A stretch of DNA of 64,000 nucleotides, taken from NCBI GenBank assembly GCA_951406725.2, contig OX597816.1, positions 131,192,001-131,256,000 of the forward strand, read 5' to 3'. Below are positions 1 to 10,507 of this stretch, one piece after another (positions within the stretch are counted from its first letter, which is position 1; the number at the start of each line of letters is the position of its first letter). Below the pieces are notes generated by a model. The model did not search any database. It saw only the letters and a program-made list of their open reading frames with translations, and was not told where the DNA came from. A program made the translations under genes and the position numbers. The DNA is from Octopus vulgaris. Its lineage: Eukaryota.

Positions 1-1428
1 CATAGAACAGGTAACCTAATCAGATTAATTTTCATCCCAAGCTATCTATTTATCCATGGAGCCTAAAAACCCTGTAACATTCAGATTATTCTAAGTGTAA
101 TGCTTATATACTCATGTTGTTTTTAATTAATCAGATATTGTCTTGCAGTTTCAATATTTAGGTGATGTGATTGTTTATTTTGAGAATGACATTGTAGAAT
201 AGGTATGAGAGGCCAGATCTGACTAGTTTGAAGCTAAAACAAGTAGAATATTTGGGCTGGATATGGCCTTTTTAAATGCTAAAATATATTTATGGATATA
301 ACTTTGTATTATACTTTTATAAGAAATGGTGACAGTGACTTCAAAGTTTTGGTCTGGTGTACTTCATCAGCAAAACAGACACAGGCTAGCAGACTAAAGC
401 TTTGAAATCAGTCACCACTCTTCTTGTAAAAGTAAAATGTGTAAGTACTCTGCCAAATGTATTGAGTTATTCTTCAGTTTATTGTAAGATTGTTTTTACT
501 ATAACTTGACATAAAAGCAAACCTTGATATAACTTTGTATTAGAGTTTGTTGTTAAGTTCAGTTATATTAGAAATGATTTTGCATTAATTTGATGGGTTA
601 CTCTTTACTTTTATACAGTATAAATTTATTATTCTTGTACAAGAATATTGTTGACAGTGACTTCAAAGTGACTGCAGTTCAACGATGGCTTAGCTGATCG
701 AAACTTCTAAGTCACTTTCGACAACATTCTTGTGTAAGATATAACTTTGTATCTATATTGCCATCATCATCATCATCATTATCATCATCGTCATCATTTT
801 AATATCCATCCCTCTATGCTTGCATGGATCTTACAATATCTGTTGAGGTAGATTTTTTTTATGATCAGATATCCTTGTTGCCAATCCTCACCTGTTTCTG
901 AGCAAATTAATATTTCCTCTTCACTAGACATTTTTTTAAACAGGAGACTGCAAATGAGGGAGATCACTTGTATGATGATGATGATGCTCATTTATATCTA
1001 TTGTATGATGTCAAAACAGAGACACAAAATACACACACTTACATATACATGCACAGAGGCTTCTTTCAGTTTCTATCTACCAAATCCCCTCACAAGGCTT
1101 TGGTTGACCTGGAGCTATAGTAGAAGATACAGATACTTGCCCAAGGTGCTACACAATAAAACTGAACCCAAAACCATAGTTGGAAAACAAACTTATCAAT
1201 TACACAGCTATGCTTGTGCCTACATATATTTATTAAATATTTAACCAACTTCTACTACTTCTGCTAATCCTCCTTTAGATTCGAGCTCATAAATAAAGTT
1301 GAAGACTACCAAGTATGACTCACAATACTCATTAATTGTTTTGATTGAATGCCTTCACACACATATGCGCACTACTAAAAGTGATTAAGTTTTAATGAAG
1401 GCAAGTGCTTTATCTTTTGTATCATTGC

Positions 1429-1473
<45 letters not shown>

Positions 1474-2239
1474 TTCAACTTGATAACAATCTACAAAATA
1501 TTTTGTCAGTATTATATTACATCCTCTTTGTTATCTGCAGCTAGCAAAGGAACTTTTGCCTGGTTGTCCGACCTGCTAGAAATAGCAGCTAAGTCTCTCT
1601 CTCTCAAATCATTCTACTCTTAAGAAAGGACACATTTGATAATGTTGTCCAGAGTATGTCATGGCTGGAATGCCTTCAGTTATGTATGTGTCTACCTAAT
1701 CAGAGCTAACCTGTGGCAAACAACAACTTATTAGCTTTATTATGTGTCTGGCAGCTCACATTTCATTAAATGATTAAGTATATCTCCTTTGAGAAACACA
1801 ATTCCAACAATTTCGCATCCTCAACTGCCGTTAGTTTTATTCTGAACAAAATAGTTAAACATTTGCTAATAGTAGTCTTGGATATTACCACTTAAGGATT
1901 TACTTCCTACCTCATTACATTGAATTTCCTTTCAGTTGCAGCTGTGTTTGAATCTCTCATCTGATAGTTGAATACTTGTTAAATTTTCCATCAAAAGAGG
2001 GAAGGCAGTGCCTGAGACCAGTGGGAGGGGGGGAGTAGGAAGGAAACTATCCTCTCACTCCCCTCCATCAAGCTTCCATGAGACTGGCCTGGATACTTCT
2101 AACAGATGGTGTTAAGCTAGATAGGCCATGACAGGATTTGAACTCAGACTGCAAAGAGTGGAACAAATACCACCACAAAGCATCCAGTTCGACATTCTTA
2201 CAATCCCACCAGTCTACTGCTCTGCATTCATACCTTTGG

Positions 2240-2810
2240 TTATTCTTTTACTTGTTTCAGTCACTAGCAGTATCGCCTGGCGTTGCTCGGGTTTGTTTCG
2301 ACCCTTTAGAATTGGAATTTTCAAAAAGTAAAAATTTTGCATTATGTAGCTTGTTATTCTCTTTAAGTGAACATTTTTCTGGTTGAAATACACCGAAAAA
2401 TGGTGACACAGCAGTCAAAAAATCGTAAAAAAAAATAGGGATTTTCATAGAAAAAAAGCACCTTTTTGATGTAAATAATTTTTGGTGTTAACATGGTCCG
2501 ATTTGAATTTTTTCTTCTACGGAAGGAAGAGCAAGCCTTCTTCTATCATACTCTCAATTTTGGTCAACTTGTGCCTCAGGGTCTCGGAGGAGATAGTGTT
2601 AGTTGAAGGCTACCAAACCTGCCATACACAGACAACTTCAGCTTTATATAGAGAGAGATTTGACTGCAGCCATGCTGGAGCACCACCTTAGAGTGTTTTT
2701 AGTTGAAGAAATCAATCCCAGGACTTATTCTTTGTAAGCCTAGTACTTATTCTATTGGTCTCTTTTGCCAAATCACTAAGTTACAGGGACTTAAACACAC
2801 CAGCATTAGT
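2240..2810 (-). mobile_element. 3' half of tRNA-derived SINE (family 1), interrupted by a Helitron
   Basis: Reverse complement matches the 3' part of the full copies at 42068-42490 and 50757-51128 (gtttcagtca|tttgactgcagccatgctggagcacc...cctagtacttattctattggtctcttttgcc). Confidence 0.8.
2264..2658 (-). mobile_element. Non-autonomous Helitron
   Basis: Minus strand starts TCTCTCTCTATATAAAG and ends CCCGAGCAACGCCAGG (subterminal hairpin) then CGATACTGCTAG. Inserted between A and T of the host SINE with no target-site duplication. Confidence 0.8.
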
Positions 2811-2891
2811 AGTCAGGCGATAAACACAGGCACATATACATAAATACATTCATACATACATACATACATACGTACATATATATATATATAT

Positions 2892-3323
2892 ATGACCTCC
2901 TGGAATCTGTCCAGAGACGTGCAACCAAACGCATACCCTCCATCAGACACCTACCATATTCTGAGCGCCTTGTTTCCCTGGGCATGGATTCACTGAAGCT
3001 CCGGCGTCTGGCGACGGACTTGGTAAACACCCACAGTTATCAACCACCTCACCAACAACAACACTGAACACCTTTTTGATCTCCATGTGTCTAACACACG
3101 TGGACATGCCTACAAAGTCAGAAAACAACACAGCTCCCATGACTTTCGGAAACATTTTTTCACGCTCAGAGTTGCTGAAGCATGGAATAAACTGCCTGCA
3201 TCAGTTGTTGACTGCCATGACACTGCATCCTTTAAGGCCCTCATGCTTTCCGAAATCTGCCGAAACTACACCTGATTATATATACACTTTAGATGAGTTG
3301 TAGTGCACCTGAGCACTGTACAC

Positions 3324-3330
<7 letters not shown>
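2892..3330 (+). mobile_element. CR1-type LINE 3' end fragment (pseudogenised)
   Basis: Translates to DLLESVQRRATKRIP...YSERL..LGMDSLKLRRL and NTRGHAYKV...RKHFFTLRVAEAWNKLP, the typical CR1 ORF2 C-terminus. Ends at (TTA)n/(TA)n. Confidence 0.85.
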
Positions 3331-3383
<53 letters not shown>

Positions 3384-3502
3384 GCAAGTGATTTGATCTG
3401 AGATCGTGTGCTGGAACGAAAACAATTGCAGCATGGAAGGTGTTTGTAAGCCATTTAAGAAACACACAAAAGCCGTTCAATTCACTTCAACATTAAGTTT
3501 AA

Positions 3503-3553
3503 TTTGTCAAAATATTTTCGTCGCTATAAGACCGCAACCTGTTCACTGACAAA
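3503..3553 (-). ncRNA. Type I hammerhead-like motif, G3:C8 core variant
   Basis: Minus strand: TTTGTCA (helix I) GTGAACA G GTTGC-ggtcttata-GCGAC (helix II) GAA AATATT (palindromic helix III) T TGACAAA (helix I). Confidence 0.65.
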
Positions 3554-3573
3554 AATGAAATGCAGCACGGATT

Positions 3574-3624
3574 TTTGTCAGTGAACAGGTCGCGGTCTTA
3601 TAGCAACGAAAATATTTTGACAAA
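3574..3624 (+). ncRNA. Type I hammerhead-like motif, G3:C8 core variant
   Basis: TTTGTCA GTGAACA G GTCGC-ggtcttata-GCAAC GAA AATATT T TGACAAA. One C-A mismatch in helix II. Confidence 0.6.
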
Positions 3625-3788
3625 TTAAACTTAATGTTGAAGTGAATTGAATGGCTTTTGTGTGTTTCTTAAATAATAATAATAATAATAATAATAAAAA
3701 GTGACAACAAAAGAATGAGACCTCGATATCAGGTAAATAGAGGATTATTTATATATGTATAATTTAGAACAAACAGTAAGTTGTCATC

Positions 3789-3847
3789 ATAGTACTTGGA
3801 GTTTCGAATATCGGGGCGAAGAGCTACGATGCATTCACATCAGCTAT
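3789..3847 (-). ncRNA. Decayed type I hammerhead in inverted pLTR
   Basis: Minus strand: ATAG CTGATGT GAATG...TATTC GAA ACTCCAAGT A CTAT (A9 changed to U). Confidence 0.65.
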
Positions 3848-3937
3848 TAATGGCAGTAGATGCTAGGAAAAGAAAAAACATTGAATAAAAGGGAAGTTAC
3901 TCTAATAGGTAGATAAAAGATAAAAAATACACGCAAC

Positions 3938-4210
3938 CATATTCTCACGATACATAGACATAAAACCTCGCACATACAAACTACCAAATTATCCAGTTAT
4001 ATATGGTTCTTAAAAGAACAAGGTGTCAGCTATGGGATTTACTGGAAGATCTTGGCCAAATGTAAACCTTATACCAATGGTAGTGGCAAGTGCGGTCTTT
4101 GTAATATGGAAAGATGGCTCATCTGGAAAAGTTCCTTGGATCCCGGTACATGTCTAAATTCAAGAACTGAAGTTTTTGGATCATATCCATATGTGACAAA
4201 ATACCTGTAA
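3938..4210 (+). pseudogene. Penelope-like GIY-YIG endonuclease C-terminal fragment
   Basis: Open frame without ATG: ...QTTKLSSYIWFLKEQGVSYGIYWKILAKCKPYTNGSGKCGLCNMERWLIWKSSLDPGTCLNSRTEVFGSYPYVTKYL*. Fits the T-x-LS-x-YIW-x-LK...W-x-I...CxxCxxE...LN-x-R-x-E pattern of PLE endonuclease tails. Confidence 0.75.
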
Positions 4211-4593
4211 CGGTTTTGGGCCCCCAAGATCATGGATAGAATCTACATTTTTACTATGTTCCTGCACAAGCTTCCCATATGTCTTAACTTCTTTTATCTT
4301 TTATTTTTTATATATATTTTCTCATATTTTCTTTTTTCTCTTTTTAATTGTGTGAATGTGTACGTGTGTGAGTATATGTATATGTATATATTTTATATGT
4401 ATATGTGTGTGCATGTATATATGTGTATGCATTTATGTATGTATATGAGTGTAAGACTGTCTGGTGCATAAGTGCAACTTTCATGCATACATCCCCTTCA
4501 TGTATATGGATATGCATATGTTTGTATATGTGCGAGTGTAGGTGTGTGATAAAAGGATGTATATATATGTATATGTGGGAGTGTGAATGTATG

Positions 4594-4644
<51 letters not shown>

Positions 4645-4865
4645 GCATATATATACGTCTGCATGTGTGTGTGAATATGTGTATATGTATGAGTGCGGAC
4701 ATGTACATATATGTTTGTGTGTGTATGTGCATGTACATATACATGTTTGTGTGAGTGTGTATATATGTAGACGTTATGAATGCAGTATGTCTATGTATTG
4801 TAAGAATATGATTGCGTATATTTTTTCATTTTTCTACCTTTTTCTTTTTTCTATTGCCATTAATA

Positions 4866-4924
4866 ATAGCTAACAAGAATGCACCGTAGCTCTTCACTCT
4901 AACATTCAAAACTCTGAGTACTAT
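4866..4924 (+). ncRNA. Decayed type I hammerhead in 3' pLTR
   Basis: ATAG CTAACAA GAATG...CATTC AAA ACTCTGAGT A CTAT. Together with the inverted copy it reconstructs CTGACGA...GAAAC, largely via CpG decay. Confidence 0.55.
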
Positions 4925-4951
4925 AATGACAACTTACTGTTTGTTCTAAAT

Positions 4952-4997
<46 letters not shown>

Positions 4998-4999
<2 letters not shown>

Positions 5000-5152
5000 A
5001 CAGGCTTCTTTCAGTTTCCATCTACCAAATCCACTCACAAGGCTTTGGTCACCCCAAGGCTATAGTAGAAGACACTTGCCCAAGATGCCATGCAGTGGGA
5101 CTGAACCTGGAACCATGTGGTTGGGAAGCAAGCTTCTTACCACACAGCCACA
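4998..5152 (-). mobile_element. tRNA-derived SINE family 1, 5' half (similar copies ~1058-1220 -, 6365-6520 +, 8722-8870 -, 16018-16300 -, 58085-58232 -)
   Basis: Shared ggctgtgtggtaagaagcttgcttcccaaccacatggttccaggttcagtcccactgcatggca...gtgtcttctactatagcc...aaagccttgtgagtggatttggtagatggaaactgaaagaagcc, with A/B-box-like head. Confidence 0.85.
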
Positions 5153-5326
5153 GCAGAACTTGAACTGAGGGTGAATAGAATCAAAAGAAATACCACACGT
5201 TTTTCTGCCTAATATTGTTATAACTCAGCCTGTACACTATCTGATAGTCTTATTCTACATTCACGCATATTCCCTTGTGTTTTCCTCGTTCAAAAGTTCT
5301 GTACATATTTTGGTTGCAATATTAAA

Positions 5327-5912
5327 TCAATTGGCAGAATCATTTGCATGCTAGGCAAAATGCTTAGCAGCATTTTGTCTGTCCTTATGTTCTGAGTTCA
5401 TATTCTGCTGAGGTCAACTTTGATGTTATCCTTTGGGTGGGGGCATAAAATTAGTACCAGTTGACCACTGGGTTTGATGTAATCAACTTAGCCCATCCCT
5501 CAAACCTACTGGCCTTGTGTCAAAATTTGAAACCAATATTAGGTCAATTATATGGTGGCGATCTGGCAGAATACTTAGTGGCATTCTGAGTTCAAATTCC
5601 TTTTGGGATTGATAAAATAAGTTCCAATTGAGTACTAGGGTCAGTGTACTCAACTTACCCCCTCACCTGAAATTGTTGGCCATGTGCCAAAATTTGAAAT
5701 CAATATTAAGTCAATTCCTTTTAAATCAAAAATCAAGACTTGAAAATAAGAATAAGATAGTAATTTTATGACCCACTGACCTTAAATGAAAGATTTAAGG
5801 AGCTGGTACTTATTTTATGCCCCCACCCCCACCCAAAGGATAACATCAAAGATGACCTCAGCAGAATATGAACTCAGAACATAAGGGCAGACAAAATGAT
5901 TCTGCCAATTGA
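5327..5912. mobile_element. Cluster of SINE family 2 copies including an inverted duplicate pair
   Basis: ctggcagaat...ttctgagttcaaattc...ccttgtgccaaaatttgaaac family. 5327-5460 (+) and 5801-5912 (-) share private variants. Confidence 0.8.
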
Positions 5913-6517
5913 CTTGGAGCTCCAGCATGGCCACGGCCTTAGAGCTGAAACATAGAAGAATACTGCATTTTGATCAGTTTGATCTTCAACCATCATTAAG
6001 CATCTTATTCTATATTTTAGAAATGAAAGTTTCTAGTTTAAATCTAGTATTGGACTATGAGTACATACAGAAATAAGACACCTATTGATTACAGGAGATC
6101 AAGCCAATCAAAATATAGTGTAGGTGTAAATATTAAAAACGTGTTTCATCTTGAAACATGAATGAGGTTAATAAAATCTTATTAACAACTCATTTCAGAT
6201 GTGTAAGTAATTAATCTGATTTCAGATATTATCATTACTATTTTTGTGTGGTCTTCTTACCACCATAATTGCTTTTTTTTTATTTTATTTTGTTTTTATA
6301 CTTTATGTTGTAAATGATGTCTATACTCATTCTATCTATATTGCCTTTTTTACGTAAATTTTATGGGCGTGTGGTAAGAGGTTTGCTTCCCAACCACATG
6401 GTTTCAGGTTCAGTCCCACTGCATGGCACCTTGAGCGCGTGTCTTCTACTATAGTGTTGGGCTGACCAAAACCTTGTGAGCAGATGTGGTAGACAGAAAC
6501 TGAAAGAAGCCCATTGT

Positions 6518-6600
<83 letters not shown>

Positions 6601-7159
6601 TGTATGTATATGTTTGAAAAGATTTGTAGAGGTAAGTAGATATTTATGAAAAACAAGAACAAAAATGCTACTTTCTTAAAATTGGGTACATTTTAATTTT
6701 CCTTTTACATCTTTCAGTTTTTGAAAAACCTTATCAAAAATATGTACTAAAATGGAATATGTAAAGAGAAAAGAATTATTTAAAAAATTAAATTAAAATT
6801 AGAATTAAGATTAACATTCATAGTTTACTTTCTTTTTTCCTGCAAGAACACGTAATAATATCCTTTGGTTCTGGTAGCATGACAAGTTCAACTGACTGTA
6901 ACTGCAAATTACTACTATCTGCCTTTGTAAATTGAATAGTGTGGTCAAGACTTGTTTTCTTAGGAGTGGCTGTAGCCATTGAATAACTAGCAGCAGTAAT
7001 AATAATAGTCGTTGTGGTGAAGTTGTTCCCCCTGGGGTTTTAATAGAAATCAGGTTCTTCAATTCCTTGTCTTTATTTCTTATACACGCACTCACCCGTA
7101 TAAACATATACATATATACATACATATAGATGCATACACACACTCATATATATACATGC

Positions 7160-7530
7160 GCCGAAAGTGTAGCTGCTAGAATAAGAATAGCCTGGACAAA
7201 GTTCAGAGAGCTCTTACCTCTACTGGTGACAAAGGGCCTCTCGCTCAGAGTTGCTGCATGACAGTGAAACATGGGCTGTGACTGCTGACGACATGTGAAA
7301 GCTTGAAAGAAATGAAGCTAGTATGATCTGCTGAATGTGTGATGTCAGTGTGTATTCTCGACAGAGTGTAAGTACCTTAAGAGAAAAGTTGGACCTAAGA
7401 AGCTTCAGATGTGGTGTGCAAGAGAGACGACTGCGCTAGTATGGTCATGTGGTGAGAATGGATAAGGATAGCTGTGTGAAAAAGTGCCACACCCTAGTGG
7501 TTGAGGGAACCTGTGGAAGAGGTAGACCCA
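7160..7530 (+). mobile_element. RTE-clade LINE fragment
   Basis: ESVAARIRIAWTKFRELLPLLVTKGLSLRV and YGHVVRMDKDSCVKKCHTLVVEGTCGRGRP. Same family as 30300-31881. Confidence 0.85.
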
Positions 7531-7547
7531 GTATATAATTAGTAAAT

Positions 7548-7630
7548 AGACTACACGTGTTTCATGGCTATATTTTCAAACTGATAACAGTAAAATCAAT
7601 TCAATTTAAATATAGTCACTCATCAGGTCC
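7548..7630 (-). ncRNA. Type I hammerhead ribozyme with intact core and long helix II
   Basis: Minus strand: GGAC CTGATGA GTGACTATATTT...AAATATAGCCAT GAA ACACGTGT A GTCT. All conserved core bases present, GUA cleavage triplet, palindromic helix III. Confidence 0.8.
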
Positions 7631-8470
7631 AAGATAAAAACAATAAAATGATTAAATAAATGTACGTATATTATCCTATAAGAAAATATAAATATATATA
7701 AAAATATGTAATTTTTCAATAAAAAAATCAAACAAAATTCAACAATATATCTTAAAATGGATATTTCGTGTTTTTATTTAGATATATTGTTAGATATATA
7801 GTAAGTATTACATTAAATTTTGTTCTTGTGCTGGTAATTTCACTGGGGAGAGGTTTCATTTAATAGACTGGTTAGTTTCATTGGGCAATTAGAGCGGGGT
7901 GAATATTATTTTGGTGTTGGGTTCCGAGTTTAACTAAGCACATTTTTCGCACGTGTATTAAATTTGTTTTTAGTCCACAGTGGGTTTAGTCACTGGCGGT
8001 GTAAGTGAAAGGGGTTAACTCTAACTTAGGGTGAAAAGGGAGCTAACTCCTACCAATTTTTATTAGACTAGATAGGGTGGTTTAGAATTGTATTATGGCT
8101 AAGAGTTACATTATTACTAGAGTTTAGGAAGTTCTTAGTGCTAGACAGGGCCCTATGTAGGTGCAAAGTAAATTATTATGGAATGTGGAGGGCGAGTGAG
8201 TTTGCGGGGTGACTATTTGTGTGTAAGTGTTAAAGGTGGTTCCTAGCTAATTAGACTTATATAGATGACTATTCAAGGTAGGGATTATGAAAGACATAGA
8301 GGCCTAAAAATATATATATATACACACACATATATATATCCATATATATATGTATATGTTATCTCCTCTACTGTCCCTCTCGCAGCTGACCATTCTGTCC
8401 GATGTCAGATGCCATGATAGATCGTTAGCTACTACACACATTTTTTTTCTCCTTGTTTTTTTTCTGTGTA

Positions 8471-8508
8471 TCTTTCTGTTGAAGAGCGTAGGCTTGAAAC
8501 GTAAAAGA
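8471..8508 (+). ncRNA. Minimal hammerhead-like motif (A6U) within a ~250-bp element (8355-8600) in (TA)n
   Basis: TCTTT CTGTTGA A GAGC-gtag-GCTT GAA ACGT A AAAGA. Confidence 0.6.
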
Positions 8509-8596
8509 CTTTTTCTATTCCTGAGCGCTATACTAATACATTTGTTTGTTTGTACACCACCTGCCTTCGTCTTTTGTTTATTTTCATAAACTTTCC

Positions 8597-8641
<45 letters not shown>

Positions 8642-10194
8642 AATATATATCTATATATATATTCATATATATATTCAGTGGAGGTGGGGGTCAAACACAA
8701 AGACATGCAAACACAGATATGTAATGGGCTTCCATACAGTTTCCATCTACCAAGTCATTGGTTGGCTTGGGGCTGTAGTAGAAGACACTTGCCCAAGGTA
8801 TAGCACTGTGGGATTGAACCTAAAACCATGCGGTTGCAAAGTGAGCTTTTTAACCATGCCGACATGCCTTGCCAATGTAGCTATATTTGCAACTGTAATT
8901 TCAAAACCATTTAATTACTTTAAATATTGAAAGGAAATCATGTATCTATTTCTAAAGGGTATTGATATTTTGATAACAAAATATGGTGAAATTTAAATAC
9001 ATTTGTACAGTATGATTTTCACTGATGCTTATGAGGGATCCATATGGAGTTGAGAAATGCAAAGTTGTTGAAATAATAACTTTTTGCATAAGCACAAAGC
9101 TTTAAATCTGGGAAGTAAATATCCTCAACTACATCAACCCCAGTAATTTACAGGTGCTTATGATCCATGAAGAATGAAAGACAAAGTTGATTTGAACTTA
9201 GAATGTAACGGGCTGTAACAAAATACCACAAAGCAGTCTTATCCAATGCGCTAATGATTCTGCTAATCCACTTCCCTCTAGTTATTCTTATCATAAGTTA
9301 ATAGCTTAGCTTTTAGATCATTGACATAAGAAAGAGCTATTTTGAAGTGTTCCAGATCTGAAAATTCTTTTCCTTGCGTCTGACAAAAGAAAAACCAACA
9401 GTAAATTCAGACCAAATTTACCAACAAATGTCAACATGTCTTACAATAGCTGTATACCTCTGCATACTAATTATATGTTTAATTCTCAGGTTTCATTTCT
9501 CTGACAATGTAAACCAGCTTTGTTCTCTTTTTTTGTTTTGTTTTGTTTTTATCTTTGTTACATACCTGTTGTACATCATTGAATAATCTGAAATCTAGTC
9601 AAATATGATAAGTGATGTTACAAATCTGTCAGGTTTACTATTAAATATTCAAGATTATATTCTTAAACTATGAATTCATGTTCAAATTCTCTGAGACTAA
9701 ATATATTTCTCACAATTTTTCCTACATTTCAATTATCATCATCATTTTTTTTTTTTGAAACCACAACAGGTTCCATCTTAAATCATGGTTTTAATAAATT
9801 AGCAGTTTTAGGTAACTAGTTACTTTTCAGGTTATTAACTCTCATCTTGTTCTACTACTGCAGTTAATACATTTTCATTGCATTTGGATACATCTTAAAG
9901 TGTATTGACTGTCAAACTACTTCATTCTTTAACTGAGGCTATTTCAAACAACATTCTCTATGGTGATGCCCTTTCAAAGAACATTATTCTCACTCATACC
10001 AACTTGTAACATATTAGCTTAATCTTGAATCTTCAATTATATGTTTATTCTTCAGCCATATTATGTTTACAGTTCAAAACTATCTAACAAAGTATTTTTT
10101 TTATTTCATAATCCAGACTTCTCTTTTTGCCCTTCAATAAAAATTACTGTTCAGTTTTATATCTATTTTTCTGAAGTGATGATACTGAGGAGTT

Positions 10195-10235
<41 letters not shown>

Positions 10236-10464
10236 AGAGAGTTACTAATTAAACCAGATTGGAAAGCCTAATATTATTGTATTTTGAGAGGGTCATTAAG
10301 TATCAGTCGAGCACTGGGGTCAAGGTAATCAATTCATCCTCCTCCCTTGAACTTGCTGGCCTTGTGCCAAAATTTGAAACTATTATTATGTCAATTCATT
10401 AAAATTTAATCAGTTAAGTAATTGATTGTTTGATTAATCATTTGGTCAATCACCCGGCCAGGTT

Positions 10465-10507
10465 TGTCAAAGTCCTTTCGTTGCCATTAGCAATTTCATC
10501 AATGACA
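10465..10507 (-). ncRNA. Decayed hammerhead-like motif inside an imperfect inverted repeat (~10420-10575)
   Basis: Minus strand: TGTCA TTGATGA A ATTGC-taatg-GCAAC GAA AGGACT T TGACA. Confidence 0.6.

Larger units (their letters stand above)
3384..3674. mobile_element. Fold-back element family A (104-bp arms) carrying hammerhead-like motifs
   Basis: Arms 3453-3556 and 3571-3674 are near-perfect reverse complements around a 14-nt spacer. Flanked by (TA)n and (TAA)n. Relatives at 51735-52056 and 28207-28320. Confidence 0.85.
3700..4960 (+). mobile_element. Penelope-like retroelement remnant with inverted 5' pLTR
   Basis: ~3750-3900 is an inverted copy of ~4810-4960. Between them lies a GIY-YIG-type C-terminal reading frame, and both repeats hold a decayed hammerhead. 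Confidence 0.8.

Noticed and set aside
6811-7085. Minus-strand frame ending ITCSCRKKES, reminiscent of the PLE CNCRKK linker
   Set aside because: Only a few residues match and the downstream GIY-YIG motifs are absent.
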